A stretch of DNA of 63,936 nucleotides, filler included, from Octopus bimaculoides (taxonomy: Eukaryota): the NCBI RefSeq assembly GCF_001194135.2. It is 6 parts of 6 records of this genome, joined end to end, with 100 filler letters (N's around TTAATTAATTAA, not from the genome) between each part and the next. Parts side by side here need not be neighbours in the genome. Positions count along the whole stretch, not along the records: positions 1 to 29,339 come from NC_069002.1; 5 more parts are not named here. One strand, 5' to 3'. Positions 1-14,411 of this stretch are shown here, piece by piece (positions within the stretch are counted from its first letter, which is position 1; each line of letters starts with the position of its first letter). The translations under genes and the position numbers were made by a program. A model generated the notes under the pieces. The model saw nothing but the letters and a program-made list of their open reading frames with translations. It was not told the origin of the DNA and made no database searches.

Positions 1-64
<64 letters not shown>

Positions 65-1130
65 CATGAACGTATGTATGTATTATATAGACACATACAA
101 ACATACATACACACAACTAGATGGAATTTGTTGTCTTTAGTTGTGAAGTGTGGTTAATATATTTACATAGAGCGAGATGGAGTGTAATGATCGTAATTTT
201 GAAGAAGTGTTTCTTATTAAATATTAACTCAATATTTGCGACAAAGTACCTTAAGGAACGTTTTGCATACCAAATAAAAATGAAATTTGTTTTCTGCTAT
301 GTAATAAGTGAACTTGAAAAACTTCGATTAATAAGAATTAATAATGTATTTCATAGACAAAATTCCTTGAGTTATTTGAGATCTGAAAATGTAACTGTTA
401 ACACAAAGTTCTGTTAATGATATTTTAAAGTGGGATTTACGTAATTGAAGGTAAATCAAATTAATATCTCCTTAATATTTATAATGTAATGGATTATATA
501 TGGACGGAGATGAAAATAAAATTTAATTCATGATAGGAATATTTTTAAAAGCTTTAAGTAATGAGAGAGAGAAGTTCGGCGAAATGTGTAAGGTGATAAA
601 AGATATTATATTATTTTACCTAGGTTGATTAATGCTTGTATTATATTTCGAGAAAGATACCCCTTACCAAATATAAGATATAAAATAATAGATAGGTTCA
701 TGTAATTATATCATCGTTAGCATAATTATTACATGAATGATTAAAAATATAACTAGAAATAATTATATTATGAAATACATTGACAGAAATGCCCCAAGAT
801 AAGTTGTTGTTGTTGGTTTATCTAATGCATGCATGATTCCGAAGCATAAGATCCATTAGGGGTAGTGATTACAAAGCGGTCTGAATTTGAGAAAAGAATT
901 TTGTTATTGACTGATACTATTCCAAGTATTTCAGCAACGCATAAGTCATATCTAAACATGTTTTGTTCGTTTTGTGACTTCATTACCGACGTGTAGCCTT
1001 CACTATACTTAGCGAAACGGTCATGGAAGAACCATTGAATAACTGTACAGCAGTCGGCATAGAGAGATAATTATTTTTCGAGAATAAAGGAATCAAAGCT
1101 AACATACCCTTGAAAAATTAACTATGTGGT

Positions 1131-1175
<45 letters not shown>

Positions 1176-1185
1176 NNNNNNNNNN

Positions 1186-1230
<45 letters not shown>

Positions 1231-1758
1231 TTGCTCTCATGGCTTCTGACCTCAAATGATTGGAAGTGTTATCATGTACATTGTTTTGTCTTGGTATAAA
1301 AGATGGGCTAGAGCAAATATACTGCTTAATATCACAGATTTGCTTGTCAGTTGGTTGACCTTAACCAGTTGAGCATGTCCCTTGGTGGCTGACGATATGT
1401 GCATCTCTGATCATGAGTAGAAGTAGTAGAGGAGCATCATAGCCATGTGTTGAGAGGAATTCTTTGGGGTTTGAATAATTCACTTTTGGAAACAAGGGGA
1501 TTTTCATCAACATCCTTAAACAAACCATATTCAGGGACCTTTTGAGCAGGATAGGCTACTCAACCTGAAGAAAATTCTAACTAGATCCCACCTGCGAGGT
1601 CATGCACTGTTTATCCTGATATGAGATCGCCATGTCGCGCACGTATGGTTGTGATGCATGTGCCTGGTGTACCCTTATCAGACGGGTAGTCATGATGGGT
1701 ATAATGGGCTTCTTATATTTTACCCCAGTGTCACTTTGATGGCATGCACTGCTCTCTC
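1231..1758. mobile_element. Interspersed repeat (family 2) embedded in (AAT)n
   Basis: About 530 bp with (AAT)n on both flanks. An inverted, truncated copy lies at 18709-19087. No pol III boxes or ORF recognised. Confidence 0.75.
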
Positions 1759-1816
<58 letters not shown>

Positions 1817-3167
1817 GTACAAAAGCATGTCAAATTTATCACCCTTACTTGCAAAAAAAAACATATTAGGTAATGGCTAATAACGTTCTCGTTTTCATTT
1901 ATCCAAGAAATAGATCTTGTTAGATCCTTAATATACTTTGCATTCTGTTAACACTAACTTAACTACATTATTTTATATGAAAATGGCGTCTCTGTAATTT
2001 CTGGTTGAAATAATTTCGCTCTTGTCAAAAGAAAAAAAAACGACTTAGGACACAGCCTTTCAGTTTCCGATGTGATTAACAAACATTTTATTAGAAAAAT
2101 TGAGAAGGATAGATATACTGACAACGACATTACATACAACTGCATATGCATGCACACACACATACATGAATCCGTACGTGCGTACATATATATACGCGTA
2201 GAATCCTTTTGCAAGAACTCCATCACAGAGATGTATAATGATTCGAGATTTACTTTTTACTTTCCACAATTTATTATTATTATTTTTTTTATCCATTTCA
2301 GATTTCTCTTTGATGTTTGAATACAACAGAAAATTGTGGCAACATTGGAAGAAAATGAAAATTGGGATTCAAATGAAAACTCCGGAAGAAAAAAAAAACA
2401 TATTTTAATCAATTGGAGTTCATTTTATGTATTTTGACATAAAGTTACGAATCAATTTCTGATTTTCTTTCTTAGCCTTTGATACATTTCTCTTTCCGTA
2501 TTTATTTAGAAAATCAATTTGGGATTATTTAAACAAAAGGATAAAAATATAGAAAGCTAAATTGTAATGCTTATATCTACATCCATGAAGTCTTTTAAGT
2601 ATAATCCTCTGTTTAATATAGTTTAAGATGTGATTGTTGTTTTACATCTGTATCACAAAATAATATGGAAACTTTAAGTGACGTTCACCATTTTGTGTGC
2701 AGCCTGCATTTATATTCTACTTCACCTGTTTACTTCTCAAATAAGTAGTTTCACGTTCGATCACTCTGTGCAGCATCTGGACAATTTATGTTCTATCACA
2801 GAGTCAGTTCGACGTAAGTCTCTGAAGGAAATCTCGTCAGAAAATATGCAGAAGTATGCCAGAGAAATTACACCATTTCTTGAGTGAGATATCGAATACA
2901 CTCATTCCTTTAATACAGTTATATGGTCGCTCTAAAAGTTACTGTTCTTTGCTACACCTGAACACTTCATCTGATTTTTGAACTTCTTTCATCCTTCCCC
3001 GGAATTTTTGTCCGTTATTTCCCAAATTTTTACTGGATATCAATGTTTCAACCAACCACCTCACTCGCACCGTTACCACTACGTTTTATAAGTTCTCTGA
3101 CCACCACTACTATTTGGAATTTTCCTCCTCCAACATCATCTACATGAAATATGCCATCCTTTATTCT

Positions 3168-3226
<59 letters not shown>

Positions 3227-4887
3227 GTCTGTGTAGCTGGAACTACCCCCGTAGAGACCTGGCAAAAATACACATCACCCATTCCCTTTATTCTACGGCG
3301 AAAANNNNNNNNNNNNNNNNNNNNNNNNNNNNNNNNNNNNNNNNNNNNNNNNNNNNNNNNNNNNNNNNNNNNNNNNNNNNNNNNNNNNNNNNNNNNNNNN
3401 NNNNNNNNNNNNNNNNNNNNNNNNNNNNNNNNNNNNNNNNNNNNNNNNNNNNNNNNNNNNNNNNNNNNNNNNNNNNNNNNNNNNNNNNNNNNNNNNNNNN
3501 NNNNNNNNNNNNNNNNNNNNNNNNNNNNNNNNNNNNNNNNNNNNNNNNNNNNNNNNNNNNNNNNNNNNNNNNNNNNNNNNNNNNNNNNNNNNNNNNNNNN
3601 NNNNNNNNNNNNNNNNNNNNNNNNNNNCTCTCTCTCTCTCTCTCTCTCTCTCCCTCTGTCACCTCTTACATTAACTATTCCTTTCCTTCCCTCCTGCGTG
3701 CTCGTACCTTATAAGTTCATAGGTTTTTCTTTTCTTTTATCTCACAAAGAACTCAGAATACTATATGGAAGATGAACTAGTGCGGTCAAACACTGACATA
3801 TACATATGCATACAAATTTATTCACAAAACACTCATAAATACGCGCGCTTACACATTCACTCACACAGAGAGGACTCCACGATTGTGACACTCTCACATT
3901 ACTAATATGTATATACTCACATCACCACAACTAGAAGCACCACAATTATTTACATAGGCACACTAATACCGTTCTTTTGTCTCCAAACATCCCATTAGCC
4001 AACCTCCCAGTCTCCAGTCATTCATTAGTTGACCTGCTTGTACACAAACGCACGCACGCATAGACACACTCACAATGCATATTGAGTGAAAGAGACATTT
4101 CTGCTTCCATATGGCGTACATCCAAAGGCGTACATCCAGACACATTTTCACAAGCTGACACAAGAACTTACACACAGGGATTTCTGTATATTACATAATA
4201 CACACAAAACTTACATACCAACGCATACATATACGCAAAAATGCACCACTCATACACAAACGACTTGAATCATTTCACGACCAACATATATACGAACACA
4301 TGGATACACACATAAAGATGCACACATAACAGGCATACACAAAACACATACACATGCAGTCACAAACACTGAGAAACACATGATGCACAGCGAACTCCAC
4401 ACACATGAACTGCATTTCCAAATCCTTCATACATTAGTGCATTCATATAAAAACATAATAGGACACACTGACACACACGCGTATTCTGGGGTTCGCACTT
4501 CTGTCTTTAAACACACTATTCAGTTTCTCCTTCCAATTTCCGGTCAGTCACCGGCCAGCATAAAGCTCTTTCAAACGGATTGCAGTTCTTAACTTTTTCT
4601 CCATTTTTCCTTCTTTCTTCTTCCTGTTTCTCCTTTCATTTTTTTTTTCTTTCTTTCTTTTATCTAGTTTCTTATTTTTCTACTTTCTCCAGTTTTCTCT
4701 TTCTGTAGAATGAAAACGTCAGAAACATTATCACAATTAACTCTTTACATTTCCTCGAGCAACAAGCTAATAATATTGATTGTGAACTTATCCACTCTTA
4801 TTGGTCATACCGTTTATTTATTCATTTTCTTTTTCTGCTATTTTATATTTTTGTTCTTCGTTCTCACTCATCCTTTCTTGTCTTGAT

Positions 4888-4931
<44 letters not shown>

Positions 4932-4949
4932 AGATAGATTGATGTACAT

Positions 4950-4980
<31 letters not shown>

Positions 4981-5448
4981 CATATACACACACACATATA
5001 TATTTATAGATATATATGTATGCAAATACATACATACAAATATGTATATGTATATGTGTGTGTAGATATAGTTATATATACATAAATGCACTACACGTTC
5101 ACACACACACATAGATGTGTGTGTGTGTATGTGTATATATAATATGAGTTGGACGTGATAATTAGCATATATCAAAAATATAACATATTGTCAAATACCA
5201 TACTCATAATAAATGCTCAAATATTATGTGTAAAATAATCTCAATCATGACATGTGTGGTTCGGATAAATTGTCAATAACATTATAGTTTACACCGAGAT
5301 TGGGTTTGCCTTTAATCCTTTCGAGGGTGATTAAAAGTAAGTACCAATTGAGCATGGGGACTGATGTGTTCGACTTACTCCTCTTGCCTTGTTGCCAATT
5401 TTTAGACCCAATAATATTCCAGTTTATCATTTAAATATATATGAACAT

Positions 5449-5591
5449 TATTTACATTATTTACATTTGACGGATATTCGTCCTCATCTTGTTTGTTGTT
5501 AACACAACGTTTCGGCTGATATACCCTCCAGCCTTCGTCAGGTGTCTTGGGGGAAATTTCGAACCTGGGTTCTCATTCCTATCGATGTTAC

Positions 5592-5683
<92 letters not shown>

Positions 5684-5743
5684 TATTAATCAGGTCGCTG
5701 CCGTGAATCGAACCCGCGCTCTTAACCACTACGCCATATGCCC
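5449..5743 (-). mobile_element. tRNA-headed SINE-like element with internal (AAT)n and hammerhead-bearing tail
   Basis: Minus strand order: gggcata, A box TGGCGTAGTGG (5726-5736), B box GGTTCGATTCA (5704-5714), long (AAT)n, unique body, hammerhead motif, then a tail ending in aatgtaaat repeats. Confidence 0.65.
5501..5546 (-). ncRNA. Minimal type I hammerhead ribozyme motif (Penelope-like-element type)
   Basis: Minus strand reads GACAC-CUGACGA-A-GGCUG-gaggguauau-CAGCC-GAAAC-GUU-GUGUU. This gives stem I GACAC/GUGUU, core CUGANGA, a 5-bp stem II, GAAA and a palindromic stem III AACGUU. Predicted cut between 5506 and 5505. Activity untested. Confidence 0.7.
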
Positions 5744-5857
5744 GTTGTGTTAACAACAAACAAGATGAGGACGAATATCCGTCAAATGTAAATAATGTAA
5801 ATATTGTAAATAATTCCTCATCTCATATATGAACATGTTTAGATATGCAACTATTTA

Positions 5858-6238
5858 GTTGGCACTCCGTCGCTTACGACGTCGAGGGTTCCACTTGAAC
5901 CGATCATCGGAACAACCTGCTCGTGAAATTAACGTGCAAGTGGCTGAGCACTCCACAGACACGTGTACCCTTAACGTAGTTCTCGGGGATATTCAGCGTG
6001 ACACAGTGTAACAATGCTGGCCCTTTGAATTACATGCACAACAGAAACAGGAAGTAAGAGTGAGAGAAAGTTGTGGTGAAAGAGTACAGCAGGGATCGCC
6101 ACCATCCCCTGCCGGAGCCTCGTGGGGCTTTAGGGTGTTTTCGCTCAATAAACACTCACAACGCCCGGTCTGGGAATCGAAACCACGATCCTATGACCAC
6201 CAGTCCGCTTCCCTAACCACTGGGCCATTGTGCCTCCA
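5858..6238 (-). mobile_element. tRNA-derived SINE, family 1
   Basis: About 380 bp. Head ggaggcacaatggcccagtggttaggg...ggtttcgattcc contains A/B boxes. Near-identical copies lie at 30173-30558, 30589-30963 and 38379-38764. Confidence 0.9.
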
Positions 6239-6997
6239 TTGCAGACATACATACATACATACATACATACATACATACATACATACATACATACAAAAAT
6301 GCCTTGTTGTTGATGTTGAAATTCCAATAAAGGAGCCTTGAATTTATGTTAAAAACCGGATCTTTCTCTATTGGCAAGATATCTTGTAATAAACTGAATA
6401 ATGACATACATACCTACATACATACAAACATACATACATACATACATACAAACATACATTCATACATACATACATACAAACATACATACATACATACATA
6501 CATACATACATACAGACTTACAAACAAACATGAGTATATTCATAGATTAAAAAAGAAAACACTAAAACTGTACACATCTACTTACGTCACGACTGTGACA
6601 TGAGATGTATGCATCGTTATGAAACGTGTGAAAATGCGCTCGTTATTTATGCATGCCAGTATGGTGGCATAGATATGTTCATATTTATGTGTATGCGCGT
6701 ATGGGTAAGCGTAGGTTAGTGTGTGTGTGTGTGTGTATGCGTGAGGGTGTGTGTGCGAGTGTATATGTGTATGTGTGTGCGTGTGTGTATGTGTGTTTGT
6801 GTACCATTTCTTAAAGCAGGCTCTGAGATGTGTGATTGCATGAATGCGCATCATAAAAGACTATGAACTGTCATAATACAACGATAAAGGCAACTTATGG
6901 AAACTTTCTTGAGCCGATATATCCAACTGTTTCATGGGGAATTAAGACATTTATTGCGCTCTACACTACAATAGAGGAAGATATTACGCCGTTAAAT

Positions 6998-7032
<35 letters not shown>

Positions 7033-9057
7033 NNNNNNNNNNNNNNNNNNNNNNNNNNNNNNNNNNNNNNNNNNNNNNNNNNNNNNNNNNNNNNNNNNNN
7101 NNNNNNNNNNNNNNNNNNNNNNNNNNNNNNNNNNNNNNNNNNNNNNNNNNNNNNNNNNNNNNNNNNNNNNNNNNNNNNNNNNNNNNNNNNNNNNNNNNNN
7201 NNNNNNNNNNNNNNNNNNNNNNNNNNNNNNNNNNNNNNNNNNNNNNNNNNNNNNNNNNNNNNNNNNNNNNNNNNNNNNNNNNNNNNNNNNNNNNNNNNNN
7301 NNNNNNNNNNNNNNNNNNNNNNNNNNNNNNNNNNNNNNNNNNNNNNNNNNNNNNNNNNNNNNNNNNNNNNNNNNNNNNNNNNNNNNNNNNNNNNNNNNNN
7401 NNNNNNNNNNNNNNNNNNNNNNNNNNNNNNNNNNNNNNNNNNNNNNNNNNNNNNNNNNNNNNNNNNNNNNNNNNNNNNNNNNNNNNNNNNNNNNNNNNNN
7501 NNNNNNNNNNNNNNNNNNNNNNNNNNNNNNNNNNNNNNNNNNNNNNNNNNNNNNNNNNNNNNNNNNNNNNNNNNNNNNNNNNNNNNNNNNNNNNNNNNNN
7601 NNNNNNNNNNNNNNNNNNNNNNNNNNNNNNNNNNNNNNNNNNNNNNNNNNNNNNNNTATATATATATATATATATGTATGTATAAACATATATGTGCGTG
7701 AGTATGTATGTGTATGTGTGCCTGTGCGTATGTGTGTAAGTTTGTACGTGCGTACATATTTGTATGCATCTACGTGTGCGTGTACATTATTCGTGTAACA
7801 GCATTGAGATTGACTTGGGCGCACAGTTTCTTGTTATTTTATTTATCAAATATACATAATAATCGTAGATAACCATTCCGCTTTTCTGCTTCACATATCG
7901 AGTTCACTGCCTCCTGGCAGTAAAACTTGTATCACCGTATGTGTGTATGTATGAGTGTGCGTATATATATATATATATATATATATGCCAAGTGAATGAA
8001 GGATTAAGGATGCAGGCGAATAATTTATAAGATCTCTGTGAATTAGAACGAGAAAATCTGGTTAAAATGATCTGTGACAGATGTACAAAGCCACATGATC
8101 TGTAGTTTAACATATCGTCACCGGTCCAATTTGTAGATCCAGCCAAGTAAAATCGGTATGGAGTTACAGGGTAACATAGAAAAAGGCGAAAGGCAGTGGA
8201 AATAGTATTCATGCTTGGTTGGAATAAAATGCATAAATGTCCACTACTTCTGTGCCCAATGGAGTTACTGTTTCGCAGACTTTTACATGTTTTCTGTTAT
8301 TTTGTCCTAAACCAGTTGCACGAAATGAGCTTTCTGCAATTACGCAGGACGAAGATTCTTCAATTCTTCAATTCGTTTCTTTTCCCTCGTTCCATATTTT
8401 GCACCAACCTTCACTTATATTCCACCTTTTTTTCTTATTTTCTTTATTGTCCAACGTCCTTGTTCTTTTTTTTCAATGGTTCATATTTTTTTGTAGAGCA
8501 TTCATATTATTCAGTTAGAATTCACTTGCATTCATTTAATGTAATTAATTTTCGTTTAGAGCTGGTAACCGATGAGGGACTAATATCCTTGTAAACTTGT
8601 GCGAATATGCGAAAATTGATATAAAATTTTAATTGAGAAAATAAGTGATTAAGTTATAGATACGTAAAAATGTCTGTAACATAGAATAACCAATGGAAAA
8701 TTCAGGGAAATATTTTACTATTACAACACCTCATTCAAAAACATTGAAAAATGAAATGCAACGAAACTGTAAATTCATTTGGCTATTGAGAGAAAACGCT
8801 TCAAACTATATTATGGATTGGAATGTCATGAAAATCTCAAGGCTCTGTGAGAAAGGCTCTAAAGATGTGAGCCATGTATAACGGAAAAAAAGTCATATTC
8901 TAAAAAAAATTGCTGCAACTCGTACAATATTTAAATGTTAAATCTCTGGCTTTCAGCATTTAGAAATATCGCGATGTTATACTTGATATTCAGTGTATTC
9001 CTTAGATCTTTTCCATGCGTAACTTGCTTGTCCTCTATGTGTAACGGAATTTGTGGC

Positions 9058-9093
<36 letters not shown>

Positions 9094-9576
9094 AGAAAAG
9101 AGAGAGAGGGAGAGAGGGAGACTTCATGTGGATTAATTTTAAAATGTTTTCATGAAGAAAACAGAGATTACTCTATATGATGTGTGGAATGAACACATTT
9201 ATGATAATATGTCAAATAAATATAAGCGCAGCGGTGACTGTGTGGTGAGAAGTTTGCATCCTAGCCACAAGGTTCAGTCCTAGTAAGTGGCATAGTAGAA
9301 AAAAAATGCCCAAGGCGCCACGTATTGGGATTGAACCGGGAACCATGTGGCTGGGAATCAAGCTTCTTATCACACAGCCACGCCTGCGCTTGTATGTATT
9401 AATACTTTTTATATACATAAATATATATAGAAGAGTTTGTGTGTGCGTGTGTATATATATGTATAAATATATATATATATTTATATATACGTATATACAT
9501 ATATTTATACATATATATGTATGTATATATGCATGTATATATTTAATGTGTGTATGTATGCATGTATATATGTATG

Positions 9577-9617
<41 letters not shown>

Positions 9618-9882
9618 TTCCCTAAAACTANNNNNNNNNNNNNNNNNNNNNNNNNNNNNNNNNNNNNNNNNNNNNNNNNNNNNNNNNNNNNNNNNNNNNN
9701 NNNNNNNNNNNNNNNNNNNNNNNNNNNNNNNNNNNNNNNNNNNNNNNNNNNNNNNNNNNNNNNNATATATATATATATATGTATGTATATATATGTATAT
9801 ATATATAAGTTTATGAATAGATAGTGCAATGTGTGTGTGGGTGTATGTTTGTATGTGTATGTTTGTATCTGTGTGTATGTGC

Positions 9883-9916
<34 letters not shown>

Positions 9917-10448
9917 GTATGTGTGTGTGTGTGAATGTGTGTGTGGTGCGTGTGTGTGTATGTCTATCTGTCTGTCTGTTTGTGTGTGTGTATTTGTACG
10001 TGTGTGCGTGCAGAAACACGTGAGCTCCAAATTCTAACGAAGGGCTTTTGTTTCACTAAACGCCTCAGTGGACCTCCGTTCGCCGGTCTTTAACCTGAAA
10101 ACAGTCTCTCTGACGCACAACGGAAATCTCATAGAAGACCAACCACCGTACTGGAATCTATTGCCTATTCACAGAGGGAATTAATTGTTGTGTGATATAG
10201 GTAACAATCTAACGCTATGAGCCATCACATTCAGACAATTCGACTTGCTTGTCTAGTTAGTCTCTGTTTGAATTTTCTTTGCACACCATAAGCGTCGTTT
10301 CAACGAATTACACATTTCGAAAGAGCTGTTCATTGATGTCATTACAAGGGTTGTAAGCTTCACACATACAGATAAATGCACCACACACATACATACATAC
10401 ATGCATACATACGTAAACATACACACTGGCAAGAATACGACGGTCAGG

Positions 10449-10486
<38 letters not shown>

Positions 10487-10497
10487 GTCTATCTGTC

Positions 10498-10595
<98 letters not shown>

Positions 10596-13500
10596 NNNNN
10601 NNNNNNNNNNNNNNNNNNNNNNNNNNNNNNNNNNNNNNNNNNNNNNNNNNNNNNNNNNNNNNNNNNNNNNNNNNNNNNNNNNNNNNNNNNNNNNNNNNNN
10701 NNNNNNNNNNNNNNNNNNNNNNNNNNNNNNNNNNNNNNNNNNNNNNNNNNNNNNNNNNNNNNNNNNNNNNNNNNNNNNNNNNNNNNNNNNNNNNNNNNNN
10801 NNNNNNNNNNNNNNNNNNNNNNNNNNNNNNNNNNNNNNNNNNNNNNNNNNNNNNNNNNNNNNNNNNNNNNNNNNNNNNNNNNNNNNNNNNNNNNNNNNNN
10901 NNNNNNNNNNNNNNNNNNNNNNNNNNNNNNNNNNNNNNNNNNNNNNNNNNNNNNNNNNNNNNNNNNNNNNNNNNNNNNNNNNNNNNNNNNNNNNNNNNNN
11001 NNNNNNNNNNNNNNNNNNNNNNNNNNNNNNNNNNNNNNNNNNNNNNNNNNNNNNNNNNNNNNNNNNNNNNNNNNNNNNNNNNNNNNNNNNNNNNNNNNNN
11101 NNNNNNNNNNNNNNNNNNNNNNNNNNNNNNNNNNNNNNNNNNNNNNNNNNNNNNNNNNNNNNNNNNNNNNNNNNNNNNNNNNNNNNNNNNNNNNNNNNNN
11201 NNNNNNNNNNNNNNNNNNNNNNNNNNNNNNNNNNNNNNNNNNNNNNNNNNNNNNNNNNNNNNNNNNNNNNNNNNNNNNNNNNNNNNNNNNNNNNNNNNNN
11301 NNNNNNNNNNNNNNNNNNNNNNNNNNNNNNNNNNNNNNNNNNNNNNNNNNNNNTTTTTTATTTTCTCTATTGTGTCTATGACGTCATAATACTGCAAACG
11401 TTTGTTCGGAGTTTTGGTTTCAAAATTTTTCAGTCTCTTTCAACCTTTCACGGTGATTAGAGGCTAGGGAATGTGTGCGTCAGGGGACGTACCCAGGCAG
11501 TTGAAGACTAGAGTGAAGTGAGAGTCATCTTCACCTTGTTTTCAGTGTTTGTGGGGATACTTTATGCACCTTTAAGTTCTTAAACACCCAATGTAACATG
11601 CTGGTTGGTCGTATAACATAGCTACAAGGTGTACGGTAGTGTCACTGTAACCGTATGAACTTTTAGCCAGGCAATTCCAGTACAGGAAACCTGTGGGTCC
11701 AACCAGAAGTATTCCTCACTCTCCATACATTTCCGCAGAATATTGCATTTTAAACAATTGTGACGCTCTAAAGAGAATGTGACGTTAAATAACAATAAAA
11801 ACTATGAATATGAAATAATTGATACAGAACATATATTTCATTGCATATGTCAACAGAATATAGCTATAAACGCGGTGAGTATTTAAATATGAAATTTTTG
11901 TTGCTATAAAAATGTTTGTGAATGTTTTCGAGATATTTCTCTCATAAACCATACCGATGAGTTGTCCAATATACTACATATATCATTATTGTTGCAAACA
12001 TGAGCACACAGACCCCTTGGCTACACGAGTCTATGTACCTGGGACTGTGTATGTGAGTGTGTGTGTATCGAGGCACACGCTGTCACACACGTATTTCTCT
12101 CTCTCTCTCTGCATCTATATATCTATGGAGAGTGAGTGAGAGAGAAGCAATGCGATGATGTGGATAAACAAATTAAATATAACTTCGGTTTGTATTAAAT
12201 AACTATATACATATGTATACATGTAAACAGAAAGACTGCATCGACTGAAGATTTCCAGGCGATGAATACTTAAGTATAAATATATAGATATTTCTATATT
12301 ATTAGATCAAAATTACAGAGAACAAACGACAGAGAAAATTAAAGTGGGGAGGTAAAGTGTTAGCTTAACAATTGTTACTCAGAGAATCATTATAATGTTG
12401 GTAGATGTAGTTCGCGAAAATATGCTGCCCGTAATAGAAATGATGTAATAGACTTGGCTCATTCCTCGAAATTGCTAGCCTTGTTACAAAATTTTACACC
12501 AATATTATACAACTTCACCCGAGCGACCTAGACGGCGTTAAAGAAACCCCAACTTCAGTCCACTTAACAGTAAGTTGCCTTGCTAGCCCTACCTCTTCCA
12601 GGGCTCGCACATTCTCCCTCACAGCTAACTTGAAGTAACCTATATATCTCACAACTAACTTGAAGTAATCACTATATCTCCACAACTAACCTGTTGGCCT
12701 TCTGCTAAATGACCACTCTGACGTCAAACATGTTGTAAGCTTTATATTTCGATTTAGAATTGATCGACATTTTTCCGAATATTAATTCTCAAACGTGAAA
12801 AGCTTAGTTGATCGAGAATCGAAACCAGATCTTCGATTTGCTTTTGCATAAATCTAATTCTGATTGTGCAAATCTTATCACAAAGGGAACTAATAATATT
12901 ATCAGAATTGTAGAAGAGATAATAGAGATTTGGTTTAAGGGGGAGAATAAAGAATAGTGGAAATATCTCAATATCTCGAAGATATCTGAACCAAGAGCTA
13001 TAATCGTTCAATGAAAAAAAAAACACACGAACAATAAAAATAGTGAAAATGAAAAATAAACAAACGGAGAATAGAAAGAAAAAAGAAACCAGCAAATAAA
13101 TGGAAACGAATTCGATTATAAACTTGTATATTCCAGCAGACGGTGTGTGTGTGAGTGCGATTGTGTGAGAGTGCGTGTGTGTGAGTGTGTGTGTGAGAGA
13201 GAGAAAGAGTGAGTGAAAGTATGTGGGTATGAGTGTGCGTATGAGATAGAGTGTGTATGTGAGAGAGAGGGTGTGAGTGTGAGGGAATGTAGGTGAGAGA
13301 AAGCAAGAGATGAGAGAAAGAGTAAGCATGTAAGAGAGAGAGAGAGAGAGTGTGTGTATATGCGTATGTGTGTGTGTGTGTGTGTGTACGAGACTGTGTG
13401 TGTGTGTGTGTTTGTGTTTTGTATGTGTGTGTATATGTGCGTACGCGTGCGTACGCGTGCGTGCTTATATCTCCGGTGTAAACTTCAATGTTACGACTTA

Positions 13501-13622
13501 AAATGTTTTTGTATATATTTCTTGGGGGAATCATTCACATTGAAAATTCCAGCTAATCATCGTAAATAATATAAAATAATGAAACAAATACGATTAAAAT
13601 ATACATATAAATATAAGTATAA

Positions 13623-13653
<31 letters not shown>

Positions 13654-14358
13654 TANNNNNNNNNNNNNNNNNNNNNNNNNNNNNNNNNNNNNNNNNNNNN
13701 NNNNNNNNNNNNNNNNNNNNNNNNNNNNNNNNNNNNNNNNNNNNNNNNNNNNNNNNNNNNNNNNNNNNNNNNNNNNNNNNNNNNNNNNNNNNNNNNNNNN
13801 NNNNNNNNNNNNNNNNNNNNNNNNNNNNNNNNNNNNNNNNNNNNNNNNNNNNNNNNNNNNNNNNNNNNNNNNNNNNNNNNNNNNNNNNNNNNNNNNNNNN
13901 NNNNNNNNNNNNNNNNNNNNNNNNNNNNNNNNNNNNNNNNNNNNNNNNNNNNNNNNNNNNNNNNNNNNNNNNNNNNNNNNNNNNNNNNNNNNNNNNNNNN
14001 NNNNNNNNNNNNNNNNNNNNNNNNNNNNNNNNNNNNNNNNNNNNNNNNNNNNNNNNNNNNNNNNNNNNNNNNNNNNNNNNNNNNNNNNNNNNNNNNNNNN
14101 NNNNNNNNNNNNNNNNNNNNNNNNNNNNNNNNNNNNNNNNNNNNNNNNNNNNNNNNNNNNNNNNNNNNNNNNNNNNNNNNNNNNNNNNNNNNNNNNNNNN
14201 NNNNNNNNNNNNNNNNNNNNNNNNNNNNNNNNNNNNNNNNNNNNNNNNNNNNNNNNNNNNNNNNNNNNNNNNNNNNNNNNNNNNNNNNNNNNNNNNNNNN
14301 NNNNNNNNNNNNNNNNNNNNNNNNNNNNNNNNNNNNNNNNNNNNNNNNNNNNNNNNNN

Positions 14359-14411
<53 letters not shown>

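Noticed and set aside
2600-3150. Possible Tc1/mariner remnant
   Set aside because: No diagnostic motif or TIR could be read.
8230-8520. Coding-looking block (track ORFs 8196..8594 and 8237..8518)
   Set aside because: No recognisable domain, stops in minus frames and no splice pair. Probably an old repeat remnant.
8563-8600. Second hammerhead-like motif (ccgatgagggactaatatccttgtaaac)
   Set aside because: Core positions are broken (CCGAUGA, GUAAA) and there is no stem I. At most a dead Penelope relic.
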